A stretch of 64,000 nt of DNA, taken from the NCBI RefSeq assembly GCF_036365525.1, contig NC_090404.1, positions 11,126,550-11,190,549 on the forward strand, in the 5' to 3' direction. Positions 36,430 through 49,194 of the stretch are shown here, piece by piece. Positions within the stretch are counted from its first letter, which is position 1. The number at the start of each line of letters is the position of its first letter. The position numbers were made by a program, and so were the translations under genes. The notes under the pieces are model-generated. The model worked only from the letters and a program-made list of their open reading frames with translations, searched no databases and had not been told where the DNA came from. This stretch comes from Heterodontus francisci (taxonomy: Eukaryota).

Positions 36430-37942
36430 AATAATACGTTGCAGAACCTACCCGGGAACAGGCTATTTTAGATTTGGTAATGTGCAATGAGGTAGGATTA
36501 ATAAGAGATCTCGTAGTTAAGGATCTTCTAGAGGGAAGGTATCGCCCTCAGGTAGAATTTCAAATTCAGTTTGAGGGTGAGCAACTCGGGACTCAAATCA
36601 GTGTCTTAAACTTAAACAAGGGCAATTACAGAGGTCTGAAGAAGGAGTTGCCTAAAGCGGGTTGGGACGATAGACTACAGGGAAATTCAGTAGATGGGCA
36701 TTGGCAGTCTTTTAAGCAGATATTTCATAACACTCAGCAAACATTTATTCTGGTCAGAAGGAAGGACTCATAGAGAACGATGAACCACCCGTGGATAACA
36801 AAGAGAATATCAAATCAAAAGCAAAGGCGTACAAAGAGGCGAAAGCTCGTGGTTGGCCAGAGGATTGGGAATGTTTTAGAAACCAGCAGCGGATGACTAA
36901 AAAACTAATAGAGGGAGAAAATTGATTATGAGTGGAAATTGGCAAGAAATAGAAAAACAAACAGTAAGAGCTTCTACGGGTATATAAAAAGGAAGAGAGC
37001 AGTTAAATTAAGTGTGGGACCCTTCGAGGATGAGACTGGGGAATTAATAACAGGGAACAGGGAAATGGCAGGTAATTTAAATCAATATTTTGCATCAGAC
37101 TTCGCGGTGGAGGACACTATAAACATCCCAACAATAATCGATGATCAAGGTATCAATGGGAGGGAGGAACTTGTAACAATTTCTATCACGAGGGAAAAGG
37201 TGCTGGACAAACTGATGGGACTAAAGGCAGACGGGTCGCAAGGCCCTGATGGACTGTATCCAAGGGTTTTAAAAGAAGTGGCTGCAGAAATAGTGGAGGC
37301 ATTGGTCACAATTGACCAAATCTCACTGGATTCCTGTAGGGAATTGTTACAACTGTACAGCGTCTTGGTGAGGCCATACCTGGAGTACTGCATACAGTTC
37401 TGATCCCCGTATTTAAGGGAGGAAGGATATACTAGCATTGGAGGCAGTTCAGAAAAGGTTCACTAGGCTGATTCCTGGGATGAAGGGGTTGTCTTATCAA
37501 GAACGGATAAACAGGTTAGGCCTTTCTGCATTGGAGTTCAGAAGAATGAGAGGTGATCTTATTGAAGCATATAAGATTCTAAGGGGCTTGACAGGGTTGA
37601 TGTTGACAATATGTTTCCAATGGTGGGGGAATCTCGAACTAGGGGACATAGTTACTAAATAAGGGGTCACACATTTAAATCTGAGATGCAAAGGTATTTC
37701 TTCTCTCAGAGGGTGTTGAATCTCTGGAATTCTCTACCTCAGAGAGTTGTGGAGGCTAGGTAACTAAATGTATTTAAGGAGGAGGTAGTTAGATTTTTGA
37801 CATCTCTGGGAGTCGAGGGTTATGTGAAGCAGGCCCGAAAGAGGAATTGAGGCCAAGGACAGATCAGCCATGATCTTATTGAATGGCGGGACAGGCTTGA
37901 GGGGCTGAATGGCCTACTCCTGCTTCTATTTCTTATGTTCTT
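36430..37942 (+). mobile_element. Internally deleted CR1 LINE (copy 1)
   Basis: Endonuclease/linker joined directly to the C-terminus at ISLDS|CRELLQLY; RT core missing. Confidence 0.85.
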
Positions 37943-39117
37943 GGATCCTGCGCCACTCTTCTCACTGCTGGCTCCCCGCTGCCTTCCCTTAAGCTCTCGC
38001 CACAGCCTTGTCGTTCCCCCCACCCCGCTCGATCCAGACCTCGCCACTGCTGAACCTCCCCTACTTCCCCTCGGCCGATTGCTCCCCGCGCCGCGCTTCC
38101 TGTCCTCCCACCCCGCCCCCCCAATCTCTGGCCGCTCAACCCATGCTTCCCCCGCCTCCAGACGCCAGCTCCAGGCCGCGCCACTTCTCTCCTCTCGGCC
38201 AGTCGCTCCCAATTTCCACCCTTCTCCACGCGCCCGAAGAAGCACGGCCGGCCAAGATGGGGTGACGCGGCGATGTCAGAGCGAGTGACTGAGAGGAGGG
38301 AAGCGGCACAGCCTAGAGTTAGCGGCTGGAGTGGGGGTGGGGTTGGGGGGGGGGGGGGGGTAGGGGCGGGGGCGGGGGCGGAGAGCGAGCTCTGAAGAGT
38401 GGGGTGGTGGGCTGGCCCTTTAGAAGGTGAATCTCTATGGTCGGGCAGTGAAGGGAAGTCGTTATTCTTGTTCTGATATCTGTGCCGGTGTCTCCCATTA
38501 AACAAAATCTGCTCAATGACCATTGGATCAATCCAGAGCCGATATAAAGGGGAATATCGATGTCCCCGGGTGCAGAGGGATTCCAATACCTCGACATGAT
38601 AAGTCAGACAAAGGGCATCTTTCATATTCACTGATTGACAGGTTGGAGCAGAATGGGGGAATAGTAACAGTAGATGGGCTCAGATTTGCTGGGGTGAGTT
38701 ACTCATTACAAATATTTACAACTTATTGACATTAACAATAACCATTTTTTCAATAAGTTCGCAGTTAACCATTTGGAGCACAGTCTTCCATGTGAGCTTA
38801 ATTCAATTTTAATGCATGTTTCTTTAAAACTTTAGTTAACTGAAAAGATCAATGCTCACAGTTTGAAATCCGCTCTGACTCTCAATCGAATAAATTCATC
38901 CTCTTTCTGCCCTCTGTTGGCGAGCACATGTAAACTTTAAAAAAATATAAGATGAAGAGGCAGCGCAGGGTAACATGGAGTGGAAATGGTAGATTTGTTA
39001 AATAATTATTTTCTTTCGGTCTTCAAATCTGCCCGCCATAACATCCACCTTCCACCGGCGGTGCCTCTGAAGTGCAAAGCAGTGGAAAATTCTGTGCCAA
39101 AAAAACCTGTTTTCCAA

Positions 39118-39580
39118 CACTGTGAGTCTCAGTGTGCAGTAATAAACTGCATTGCGGGTCAGCTTCATGTGAGATGGTTAATATGGTAAATTTAGTCGAG
39201 CTGTCCACTTGTTCCAAAAAACATGTTTTGCCAAAATCTGTTTTATCATCAGAACTGCTGGCGTATTTCATCAGAATACACTCGGGTTGTGTTCCAAAGT
39301 GTCTCCTGTACCCGAAATTAATAATGGCCGTCGCCCCACATAATATTATCGATATCTGTCTTAACTGCTCAGCACAGCAGCTGAGTGATAGAATCTCAAT
39401 GCAATCGATTTGAAAACGCATGTTCAAACATTCAGTCTATGTTGAAAACCGGAGTAGAGATCGAGTGTGTATGATTCAGCAGCGTCATTTTACCAGCAGA
39501 GGAATACATTTTCACTGGGAAGGAAATTATTCCTGGGAAATGATATAACGATGAAAGTCGGAGGGAGAGGATTCCACATG
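39118..39580 (-). pseudogene. TCR V pseudogene, tandem copy 2
   Basis: Near-identical to 33099-33585 with an extra deletion of about 24 nt in FR1; heptamer at 39124-39118. Confidence 0.8.
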
Positions 39581-40908
39581 CACCCATTGCTCTGCTGATC
39601 AAACCAATATCAAACAAGAAACAGCGGCAGCAATCTCTCCAATAAAGGAGAGCATGTAAAACAGGTCAGGCTGAAAGCAGCATGGGGAAGTTGTCGGAGC
39701 TGTTTCAAATAGCAGTGTTGTTACATGGAGGATCCATCTGTGAGGTATTGTTGGGTTGTCTTCACCTTCCCTCACAATAATGTCTTCCTCCTTTTTGTGT
39801 AAGAATCCATCCAAAGAAGACAAACCCCGCCCCTGTGCCCTGCCGCTGGCGGATACGGGAGCATTTGAATTAGCATTGTATCCCAGGGCCTCACTGCAAT
39901 GACATCTGGAGAAGTGTCAGACAGTTCATGCAATAAAAATGTATCCTGAAAAATTACTTTAAATTAAACTGAATTAGAACTAGGGGACATGGGTTTAAAG
40001 AACAAAAGGTAATTGTAGGATTGTATCCAGAATTCCTTCTTCACACACAGAATATGATGAACGTGTTTAATTAATTTACGGTTAGAGTGGCGAAGAAACA
40101 AACCCTGGAATCGTTTAAGGACAACTTTGAGGTCCTAGTGGGGCTGGGAGTTAAGATCGCTCAGGACCGATGAGACAGAGTAGACCAAAAGGTTTCCGTC
40201 CGTCCGAATCATCTTGTGAACGGAAACAGGGCAGACGTTATATCATTATTATTATTTCTGCTGATTTGTTGGACAATCAACATGAAAATTTCATTCTCCA
40301 CCCACCTGGAGAAGGACGTGGGTTCAAAGTAGAAAATTAGGTTTTAGGGCTGGAATCATGAAATTTCTCTTCACACACAGACAGTGATCAAAGAGTTTCG
40401 TTTAGACTGTGGGAGGAAAATACACTGAAATTGTTGGATGTTGCAATGGAAGGTGAGGGTTCGGATCTTTCTGAATAAAAGAGCCGTAACAAGAAACAGG
40501 AAATAGTGTTTTTATTTGTAACTAGCCTGTGAACAGCAACATGCGGAGATTTGGCATCATTCGTGCCACTTCGTAGTTCGGAGTAACGTCCAGCAGAGGG
40601 CAGTGTGAAAAATTAAGAAATACTGAGCGGTGAGTTCAGAGACAGTGCAAGCTGGTATCAGTGAGAAACAGAGTGCGGGTGGCTGGTGTGAGCTCAGAAA
40701 CAGTGCAAACTGATGTCAGTGAGAAACAATGAGTGTGGGCGGCGCGAGTGGGTAAACGCCAAGACACAGTTTGTATTGTTAATTTGACAGGAAGAAGCCT
40801 CGGAGCTGGAGCTAAAGCGAGAGTTTTCGTCCTGGACAAAAAATATCCCTGGTTCTAAACCGACCTCCCTGGACAATTCTTTCAGCCACCATTGCATCTG
40901 ATGTGATG

Positions 40909-41281
40909 ATGTTCCGGATTTACAGAATTTCCATGCTGGTCTACACTCTGGTCTGCACCGATGTGACCGGCGAAGATGAAATGATGCAACTCCCTCGGCG
41001 AGTGGTTGTTCGTGAAGCTGGAATCGTATCCATGAACTGCTCTTCTACCGCTGCGTTCCAAGTCCTGCGTTGGTACAGGCAGCAGCCGAATCAACCCCTC
41101 CAGCATCTGGTGATGGCCACAAGAGGGGCAGATCAACCCGGGAGGATCACTGCTTCAATCGAGGGGGGCAATAAACTCAGTACCCTGACTGTGAGAGACG
41201 CGCGACTGACAGACACGGCTACCTATCTCTGTGCAGATAGACCACAGTGTAACAAACAGATAGAGAGTCCGTACAGAAACC
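40909..41281 (+). CDS. TCR V gene, single-exon leader+V, copy 2 (coding to 41242; 23-RSS 41243-41281)
   Basis: Paralog of the gene at 34915; CDR1 reads TAAFQV; RSS intact. Confidence 0.9.
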
Positions 41282-42424
41282 TGCACCGAGCGGGAGAGCC
41301 GCACTTCTGTGTTTAGTGTAACAGGATTTCGAGTAACCAGGCTGTAATAATCGGAGGGAATTAGATCAAAAACTAATTAATAGAGAATCGAGAGAGTGAA
41401 GGAACGTAAGAGAGAAAGAAAGTTAGTAACACCGGCAGAAAAAAGAAGAGAAAACACGAAAGGAAGAATGAGCAAGAGAAAGGAAATACACGTTACTAAT
41501 TCGTGCAGAGCAGCACAGCAAACAAGGAAATGAGGAACGAGAAGTGGAAGTGAGAAATATCGAGTGTAAACAAAGCTAAAAGTTAAGAGAAGGCCATAAA
41601 AACTCATATTTCCCTTCCTCCTATTTACACATTTGAATTTTCTGTAAAGTCTCTCCCAACAATAGGCCGCTTGAAAGTCCCATTGAGAAACTCGCACTTT
41701 ATCCATTGCCTGACAGTGTTAAGTTCCCAGAGTCACCAGCAGAGGTCTCCGTGGTCACATGTTTCTCGCAACTGCAAATATTTGAGACAAACACTGCAGT
41801 CTCGCCGTCTGAAGCAGCAAGGCCCACTGCTCTCGACTGGTTGTTTTACTTTGACCCGCCTAGTTACCAGATCTGGGTTTCATTCCCACCTCGGTCTGCA
41901 AAGGTGCAACCACTCCCTACAAAAGGACAGTGACTGTAGCCCAGCTCGGGGTGTTTCCATTCACCATTGGGCTAAAGACCACAGGATAATTGGACCGGGG
42001 TGTGCAGACGTAATTTAATCCGCAGTTTAAAGTTGCACATTCGGTCACATTTTTATATAAATCCTGTCTCATTCCAACATCCACATTTGTTGAGGAAACA
42101 TGCCTAAATAAAGATGTCACGTTGTAATTACATCCTCCCACCAGCAGTGGTGTGTGACATCTCTATTAGGGGAATAATAAAAATGTGGCAAATGTACATG
42201 GTCGGTTTCCATATGAAAGTGAACACTACAATTTGTAATACAAAAATGTTTTAATATATGATAATTGCAATGTTCAAATCCACAAAAACTTGCGTTCACC
42301 TTTTGAGTGTTGCTGTGACAGGACAGCGCACCAATTTGCATCAAGAAAGTGAAGATACTCGAGCATGATGTCCGACTGCTTTAACTACCAAAGAGTTAAC
42401 ACAGAATTCAGTCATGCACGTAGA

Positions 42425-43917
42425 ATAATACGTTGCAGAACCTACCCGGGAACAGGCTATTTTAGATTTGGTAATGTGTAATGAGGTAGGATTAATAAGA
42501 GATCTCGGAGTTAAGGATCTTCTAGAGGGAAGGTATCGCCCTCAGGTAGAATTTCAAATTCAGTTTGAGGGTGAGCAACTCGGGACTGAAATCAGTGTCT
42601 TAAACTTAAACAAGGGCAATTACAGAGGTCTGAAGAAGGAGTTGGCTAAAGCAGGTTGGGACGATAGACTACAGGGAAATTCAGTAGATGAGCATTGGCA
42701 GTCTTTTAAGCAGATATTTCATAACACTCAGCAAACATTTATTCTGGTCAGAAGGAAGGACTCATAGAGAACGATGAACCACCCGTGGATAACAAAGAGA
42801 ATATCAAATCAAAAGCAAAGGCGTACAAAGAGGCGAAAGCTCGTGGTTGGCCAGAGGATTGGGATTGTTTTAGAAAACTAATAAAGAGGGAGAAAATTGA
42901 TTATGAGTGGAAATTGGCAATAAATAGAAAAACAAACAGTAAGAGCTTCTACGGGTATATAAAAAGGAAGAGAGTAGCTAAAGTAAGTGTGGGACCCTTC
43001 GAAGATGAGACTGGGGAATTAATAACAGGGAACAGGGAAATGGCAGGTAATTTAAATCAATATTTTGCATCAGACTTCACGGTGGAGGACACTATAAACA
43101 TCCCAACAATAATCGATGATCAAGGTGTAAATGGGAGGGAGGAACTTGTAACAATTTCTATCACGAGGGAAAAGGTGCTGGACAAACTGATGGGACTAAA
43201 GGCAGACGGGTCGCAAGGCCCTGATGGCCTGTATCCAAGGGTTTTAAAAGAAGTGGCTGCAGAAATAGTGGAGGCATTGGTCACAATTGACCAAATCTCA
43301 CTGGATTCCTGTAGGGAATTGTTACAACTGTACAGCGTCTTGGTGAGGCCATACCTGGAGTACTGCATACAGTTCTGATCCCCGTATTTAAGGGAGGAAG
43401 GATATACTATCATTGGAGGCAGTTCAGAAAAGGTTCACTAGGCTGATTCCTGGGATGAAGGGGTTGTCTTATCAAGAACGGATAAACAGGCTAGGCCTTT
43501 CTTCATTGGAGTTCAGAAGAATGAGAGGTGATCTTATTGAAGCATATAAGATTCTAAGGGGCTTGACAGGGTTGATGTTGACAATATGTTTCCAATGGTG
43601 GGGGAATCTCGAACTAGGGGACATAGTTACTAAATAAGGGGTCACACATTTAAAACTGAGATGCAAAGGAATTTCTTCTCTCAGAGGGTGGTGAATCTCT
43701 GGAATTCTCTACCTCAGATAGTTGTGGAGGCTAGGTAACTAAATGTATTTAAGGAGGAGGTAGTTAGATTTTTGACATCTCTGGGAGTCGAGGGTTATGT
43801 GAAGCAGGCCCGAAAGAGGAATTGAGGCCAAGGACAGATCAGCCACGATCGTATTGTATGGCGGGACAGGCTTGCGGGGCTGAATGGCCTACTCCTGCTT
43901 CTATTTCTTATGTTCTT
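42425..43917 (+). mobile_element. Internally deleted CR1 LINE (copy 2)
   Basis: Same deletion junction as copy 1, so it was duplicated with the 6-kb unit. Confidence 0.85.
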
Positions 43918-45092
43918 AGATCCTGCGCCACTCTTCTCAACGCTGGCTCCCCGCTGCCTTCCCTTAAGCTCTCGCCACAGCCTTGTTGTTCCCCCCACCC
44001 CGCTCGATCCAGACCTCGCCACTGCTGAACCTCCCCTCCTTCCCCTCGGCCGATTGTTCCCCGCGCCGCGCTTCCCGTCCTCCCACCCCGCCCCCCCAAT
44101 CTCTGGCCGCTCACCCCATGCTTCCCCCGCCTCCAGACGCCAGCTCCAGGCCGCGCCACTTCTCTCCTCTCGGCCAGTCGCTCCCAATTTCCACCCTTCT
44201 CCACGCGCCCGAAGAAGCACGGCCGGCCAAGATGGGGTGACGCGGCGATGTCAGAGCGAGTGACTGAGAGGAGGAAAGCGGCCCAGCCTCGAGTTAGCGG
44301 CTGGAGTGGGGGTGGGGTTGGGGGGGGGGGTGGGTAGGGGCGGGGGCGGGGGCGGAGAGCGAGCTCTGAAGAGTTGGGTGGCGGGCTGGCCCTTTAGAAG
44401 GTGAATCTCTATGGTCGGGCAGTGAAGGGAAGTCGTTATTCTTGTTCTGATATCTGTGCCGGTGTCTCCCATTAAACAAAATCTGCTCAATGACCATTGG
44501 ATCAATCCAGAGCCGATATAAAGGGGAATATCGATGTCCCCGGGTGCAGAGGGATTCCAATACCTCGACATGATAAGTCAGACAAAGGGCATCTTTCATA
44601 TTCACTGATTGACAGGTTGGAGCAGAATGGGGGAATAGTAACAGTAGATGGGCTCAGTGGTGCTGGGGTGAGTTAATCATTACAAATATTTACAGCTCAT
44701 TGACATTAACAATAACCATTTTTTCAATAAGTTAGCAGTTAACCATTAGGAGCACAGTCTTCCATGTGAGCTTAATTCAATTTTAATGCATGTTTCTTTA
44801 AAGCTTTAGTTAACTGAAAAGATCAATGCTCACAGTTTGAAATCCGCTCTGACTCTCAAACGAATAAATTCATCCTCCTTCTGCCCTCTGTTGGCGAGCA
44901 CATGTAAACTTTAAAAAAAAAATAAGTTGAAGAGGCAGCGCAGGGTAACATGGAGTGGAAATGGTAGATTTGTTAAATAATTATTTTCTATCGGTCTTCA
45001 AATCAGCCCGCCATAACATCCGCCTTCCGCCGGCGGTGCCTCTGAAGTGCAAAGCAGTGGAAAATTCTGTGCAAAAAAAACCTGTTTTCCAA

Positions 45093-45580
45093 CACTGTGA
45101 ATCTCAGTGTGCAGTAATAAACTGCATTGCGGGTCAGCTTCATGTGAGATGGTTAATATGGTAAATTTAGTCGAGCTGTCCACTTGTTCCAAAAAACATG
45201 TTTTGCCAAAATCTGTTTCATCATCAGAACCGCTGGCGTATTTCATCAGAATACCCTCGGGTTGTGTTCCAGAGTGTCTCCTGTACCCGAAATTAATAAT
45301 GGCCGTCGCCCCACTTAATATTATCGATAAAGTTTAAAATCACCGCTTCTCCTTCTGTCTTAACTGCTCAGCACAGCAGCTGAGTGACAGAATCTCAATG
45401 CAATCGATTTGAAAACGCATGTTCAAACATTCAGTCTATGTTGAAAACCGGAGTAACGATCGAGTGTGTATGATTCACCAGCGTCATTTTACCAGCAGAG
45501 GAATGCATTTTCACTGGGAAGGAAATTATTCCTGGGAAATGATATAATGATGAAAGTCGGAGGGAGAGGATTCCACATGC
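45093..45580 (-). pseudogene. TCR V pseudogene, tandem copy 3
   Basis: Near-identical to 33099-33585; heptamer at 45099-45093. Confidence 0.8.
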
Positions 45581-46908
45581 ACCCATTGCTCTGCTGATCA
45601 AACCAATATCAAACAAGGAACAGCGGCAGCAATCTCTCCAATAAAGTAAAACAGGTCAGGCTGAAAGCAGCATGGGGAAGTTGTAGGAGCTGTTTCAAAT
45701 AGCAGTGTTGTTACATGGAGGATCCATCTGTGAGGTATTGCTGGGTTGTCTTCACCATCCCTCACAATAATGTCTTCCTCCTTTTTGTGTAAGAATCCAT
45801 CCAAAGAAGACAAATCCCGCCCCTGTGCCCTGCCGCTGGCGGATACGGGAGCATTTAAATTAGCATTGTATCCCAGGGCCTCACTGCAATGACATCTGGA
45901 GAAGTGTCAGACAGTTCATGCAATACAAATGTATCCTGAAAAATTACTTTAAATTAAACTGAATTAGAACTAGGGGACATGGGTTTAAAGAACAAAAGGT
46001 AATTGTAGGATTGTATCCTGAATTCCTTCTTCACATACAGAATATGATGAACGTGTTTAATTAATTTACGGTTAGAGTGGCGAAGAAACAAACCCTGGAA
46101 TCGTTGAAGGACAACTTTGAGGTCCTAGTGGGGCTGGGAGTTAAGATCTCTCAGGAGCAATGAGACAAAGAAAACCAAAAGGATTCCGTCCGTCTGAATC
46201 ATCTTGTGAACGGAAACAAGGCAGACGTTATATCATTATTATTATTTCTGCTGATATGTTGGACAATCAACATGAAAATTTCATTCTCCACCCACCTGGA
46301 GAAGGACGTGGGTTCAAAGTAGAAAATTAGGTTTCACGGCAGGAATCATGAAATTTCTCTTCACACACAGAGAGTGATCAAAAAGTGGAATAAAGTTTCG
46401 TTTAGACTGTGGGAGGAAAATACACTGAAATTGTTGGATGTTGCAATGGAAGGTGAGGGTTCGGATCTGTCTGAATAAAAGAGCCGCAACAAGAAACAGG
46501 AAATAGTGTTTTTATTTGTAACGAGCCTGTGAACTGCAACATGTCGGGATTTGGCGTCATTGGTGCCACGTCGCAGTTCGGAGTAACGTCCAGCAGAGGG
46601 CAGTGTGAAAAAGTGAGAAATACTGAGCGGTGAGTTCAGAGACAGTGCAAGCTGGTATCAGTGAGAAACAGAGTGCGGGTGGCTGGTGTGAGCTCAGAAA
46701 CAGTGCAAACTGATGTCAGTGAGAAACACTGAGTGTGGGCGGCGCGAGTGGGTAAACCCCAAGACACAGTTTGTATTGTTAGTTTGACAGGAAGAAGCCT
46801 CGGAGCTGGAGCTGAAGCGAGAATTTTCCTCCTTGACAAAAAATATCCCTGGTTCTAAACCGACCTCCCTGCACAATTCTTTCAGCCGCCATGCCATCTG
46901 ATGTGATA

Positions 46909-47281
46909 ATGTTCCGGATTTACAGAATTTCCATGCTGGTTTACACTCTGGTCTGCACCGACGTGACCGGTGAAGATGAAATGATGCAACTCCCTCGGCG
47001 AGTGGTTGTTCGTGAAGCTGGAATCGTATCCATGAACTGCTCTTCTACCACTGCGTTCACGATCCTGCGTTGGTACAGGCAGCAGCCGAATCAACTCCTT
47101 CAGCATCTGGTGATGGCCACAAGAGGGGCAGATCAACCCGGGAGGATCACTGCTTCAATCGGGGGAGGCAATAAACTCAGTACCCTGACTGTGAGAGACG
47201 CGCGACTGACAGACACAGCTACCTATCTCTGTGCAGATAGACCACAGTGTAACAAACAGATAGAGAGTCCGTACAGAAACC
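46909..47281 (+). CDS. TCR V gene, single-exon leader+V, copy 3 (coding to 47242; 23-RSS 47243-47281)
   Basis: Paralog of the gene at 34915; CDR1 reads TTAFTI; extra in-frame ATG at 46891; RSS intact. Confidence 0.9.
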
Positions 47282-47984
47282 TGCACCGAGCGCGAGAGCC
47301 ACACTTCTGTGTTTAGTGGAACGGGATTTCGATTAGGCAAGCTGTAATAATCGGAGGGAATTAGATCAAAAACTAATTAATAGAGAATCGAGAGAGTGAA
47401 GGAACATGAGCGATGTAGAGAGTTAGAAAGACGGCAGAAAAAAGAAGAGAAAACACGAAAGGACGAATGAGCGATGAAAGGAAATACACTTTACTAATTC
47501 GTGCAGAGCAGCACAGCAAACAAGGAAATGAGGAACGAGAAGTGAGAAATATCGAGTGCAATGAAGGCTAAAAATGAAGAGAGGCCATAAAGAACTCATA
47601 CTTCCCTTCCTCCTATTTACGCAGTTAAATTTTCTGAAAGGCCTCTCCCAACAATAGGTCGCTTGAAACTGTCCTATTGAGAAACTCGCACTTTATCCAT
47701 TGCCTGACAGTGTTAAGTTCCCAAAGTCACCACCAGAGGGCTTCCTGGTCACATGTTTCTCGCTGTTATCAAACACTGCGGTAACACGGTCTGAAGCAGC
47801 AACGACCACTGCTTTCGTCTGGTTCTTTCGCTCTGACCCGCCTTGTCCCCGCTGTCTTTTGGAAAGATTTCTGTACATGCTCCATGTTTGGCATTGGTTG
47901 GATCAGCAGTGCAGTCGGGCGGGATTTGCACTTCTGCTCGGACAGAGAACTCCCGAATGCAGAGTCAAAGAGCCATTGAGTGTG

Positions 47985-48471
47985 ATATGGAACCGTGTCG
48001 CACTACTCCTCATCATGATATCAGTGCTCGGTAAATGTATTTCCCCCAGTAACAATCCATTCTGCCTCTGCCTGTTGTATTCCAGGTGTTATCGTTGGTA
48101 AAATGATGATGATGATGTGCTGATGTGATGTCAATTAATATTAATGTCTACATTAGAATGGAGTCACCAAGACAGAATGGAACAGACGATTCCTGAATTG
48201 AGAGTTTAAAATGTCACACAAAAATGCACCTTGACTCTTCTGTGTCTGGTACAGTAAGCACCCAGGGCAGCCTCCTCTGGACGTGTTTTATATTGTTGCT
48301 GGATAAAAAGAAAAGAAACACTTCTGCGCTAACTTCTACATTTAATATAACTACCAAGATTGCGGAGCTAACTATCAGCACACTCTTGCTGTCCGGCGCA
48401 GCCATGTATTTTTATGCTATGGAGTCCACACTACTGCAGAGATAGAGCTGATCCCGGACAAGCAAAAATCC
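47985..48471 (+). pseudogene. TCR V pseudogene (leader relic 47985-48030, V exon 48157-48426)
   Basis: Leader (ATA)WNRVALLLIMISVL with GTAAAT donor; WYSKHPGQPP and ELTISTLLLSGAAMYFYAME remnants; degenerate RSS CACACTA-24-ACAAGCAAA. Inverted paralog of the 31.7-32.2 kb pseudogene. Confidence 0.75.
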
Positions 48472-48819
48472 AGGCTGAGATTGCCAGTTAGTGCTCAGCA
48501 GAGGGCGCTCTCGCACAGATAAACAAGATCAATAATTCATTCTCCACAGTGAGAGTCACAGATAGACCTTTATAAAAGGCAAAAAAATACGCAACAAGAA
48601 TAGGTGAGGCCCACTTCCAGAATTATATTCGTTTGTGATTTCAACTCGTCTTTGTAAAAAAAAACTTCACAAATGCATCTGTGGAACCTTAACTGACCTT
48701 TTGTTTTTCGATGTCGTTTCCGTGCCTGTCAATTCTCATTGCATGTCTCCACTTTTATTCATAATCATTTGAATTTCCTCCTTCCACTCTTTAGTTTAAT
48801 GATATAAAACCTTTGTGGA

Positions 48820-49150
48820 CATATTGGAGGATATTCCACATATCGTACACAAACAGAAAGACTCATGAACAAATGCGGGAAATGGCAGCAGGAAAGAGGA
48901 AATTGGTGATAACCTCAAAGAGACAAAGATACAATAATTCGGTCACATAATTAGAGCAGAAAGAAGACAGAAACAATTATTGGAAGGAAAGATTGACGGA
49001 AAACGTAGGAGAGGGAAGCAGAGAAGCAACAGGATGACAATATAATGGACTAGATACAGTTGACCTATGCAGAAGATGAAAGAACAGCACAGGACAGACA
49101 GAGGTGGCGATCAATGGCAGTCAACTTTCTGGAAATAAGATAACACCCAA
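48820..49150 (+). mobile_element. RTE-clade LINE 3' fragment
   Basis: FGHIIRAE..LLEGKIDGKRRRGKQR and AQDRQRWRSMA motifs. Confidence 0.7.
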
Positions 49151-49194
49151 GGGTGAACCAATAACAGTTTTTTTCTGCCCTGCATATTAATTCA

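Larger units (their letters stand above)
32390..47830. repeat. Tandem segmental duplication, ~6.0-kb unit, about 2.5 copies
   Basis: Homologous positions offset by 5994 and 6000 nt (heptamers at 35249, 41243, 47243). Each full unit holds a pseudo-V (-), an intronless V (+), a CR1 fragment and a GC-rich fragment. Confidence 0.95.

Noticed and set aside
37820-38631. GC-rich ORFs (also 30.4-31.4 kb and 43.8-44.6 kb)
   Set aside because: Low-complexity transposon interior open in several frames, with no recognisable domain.
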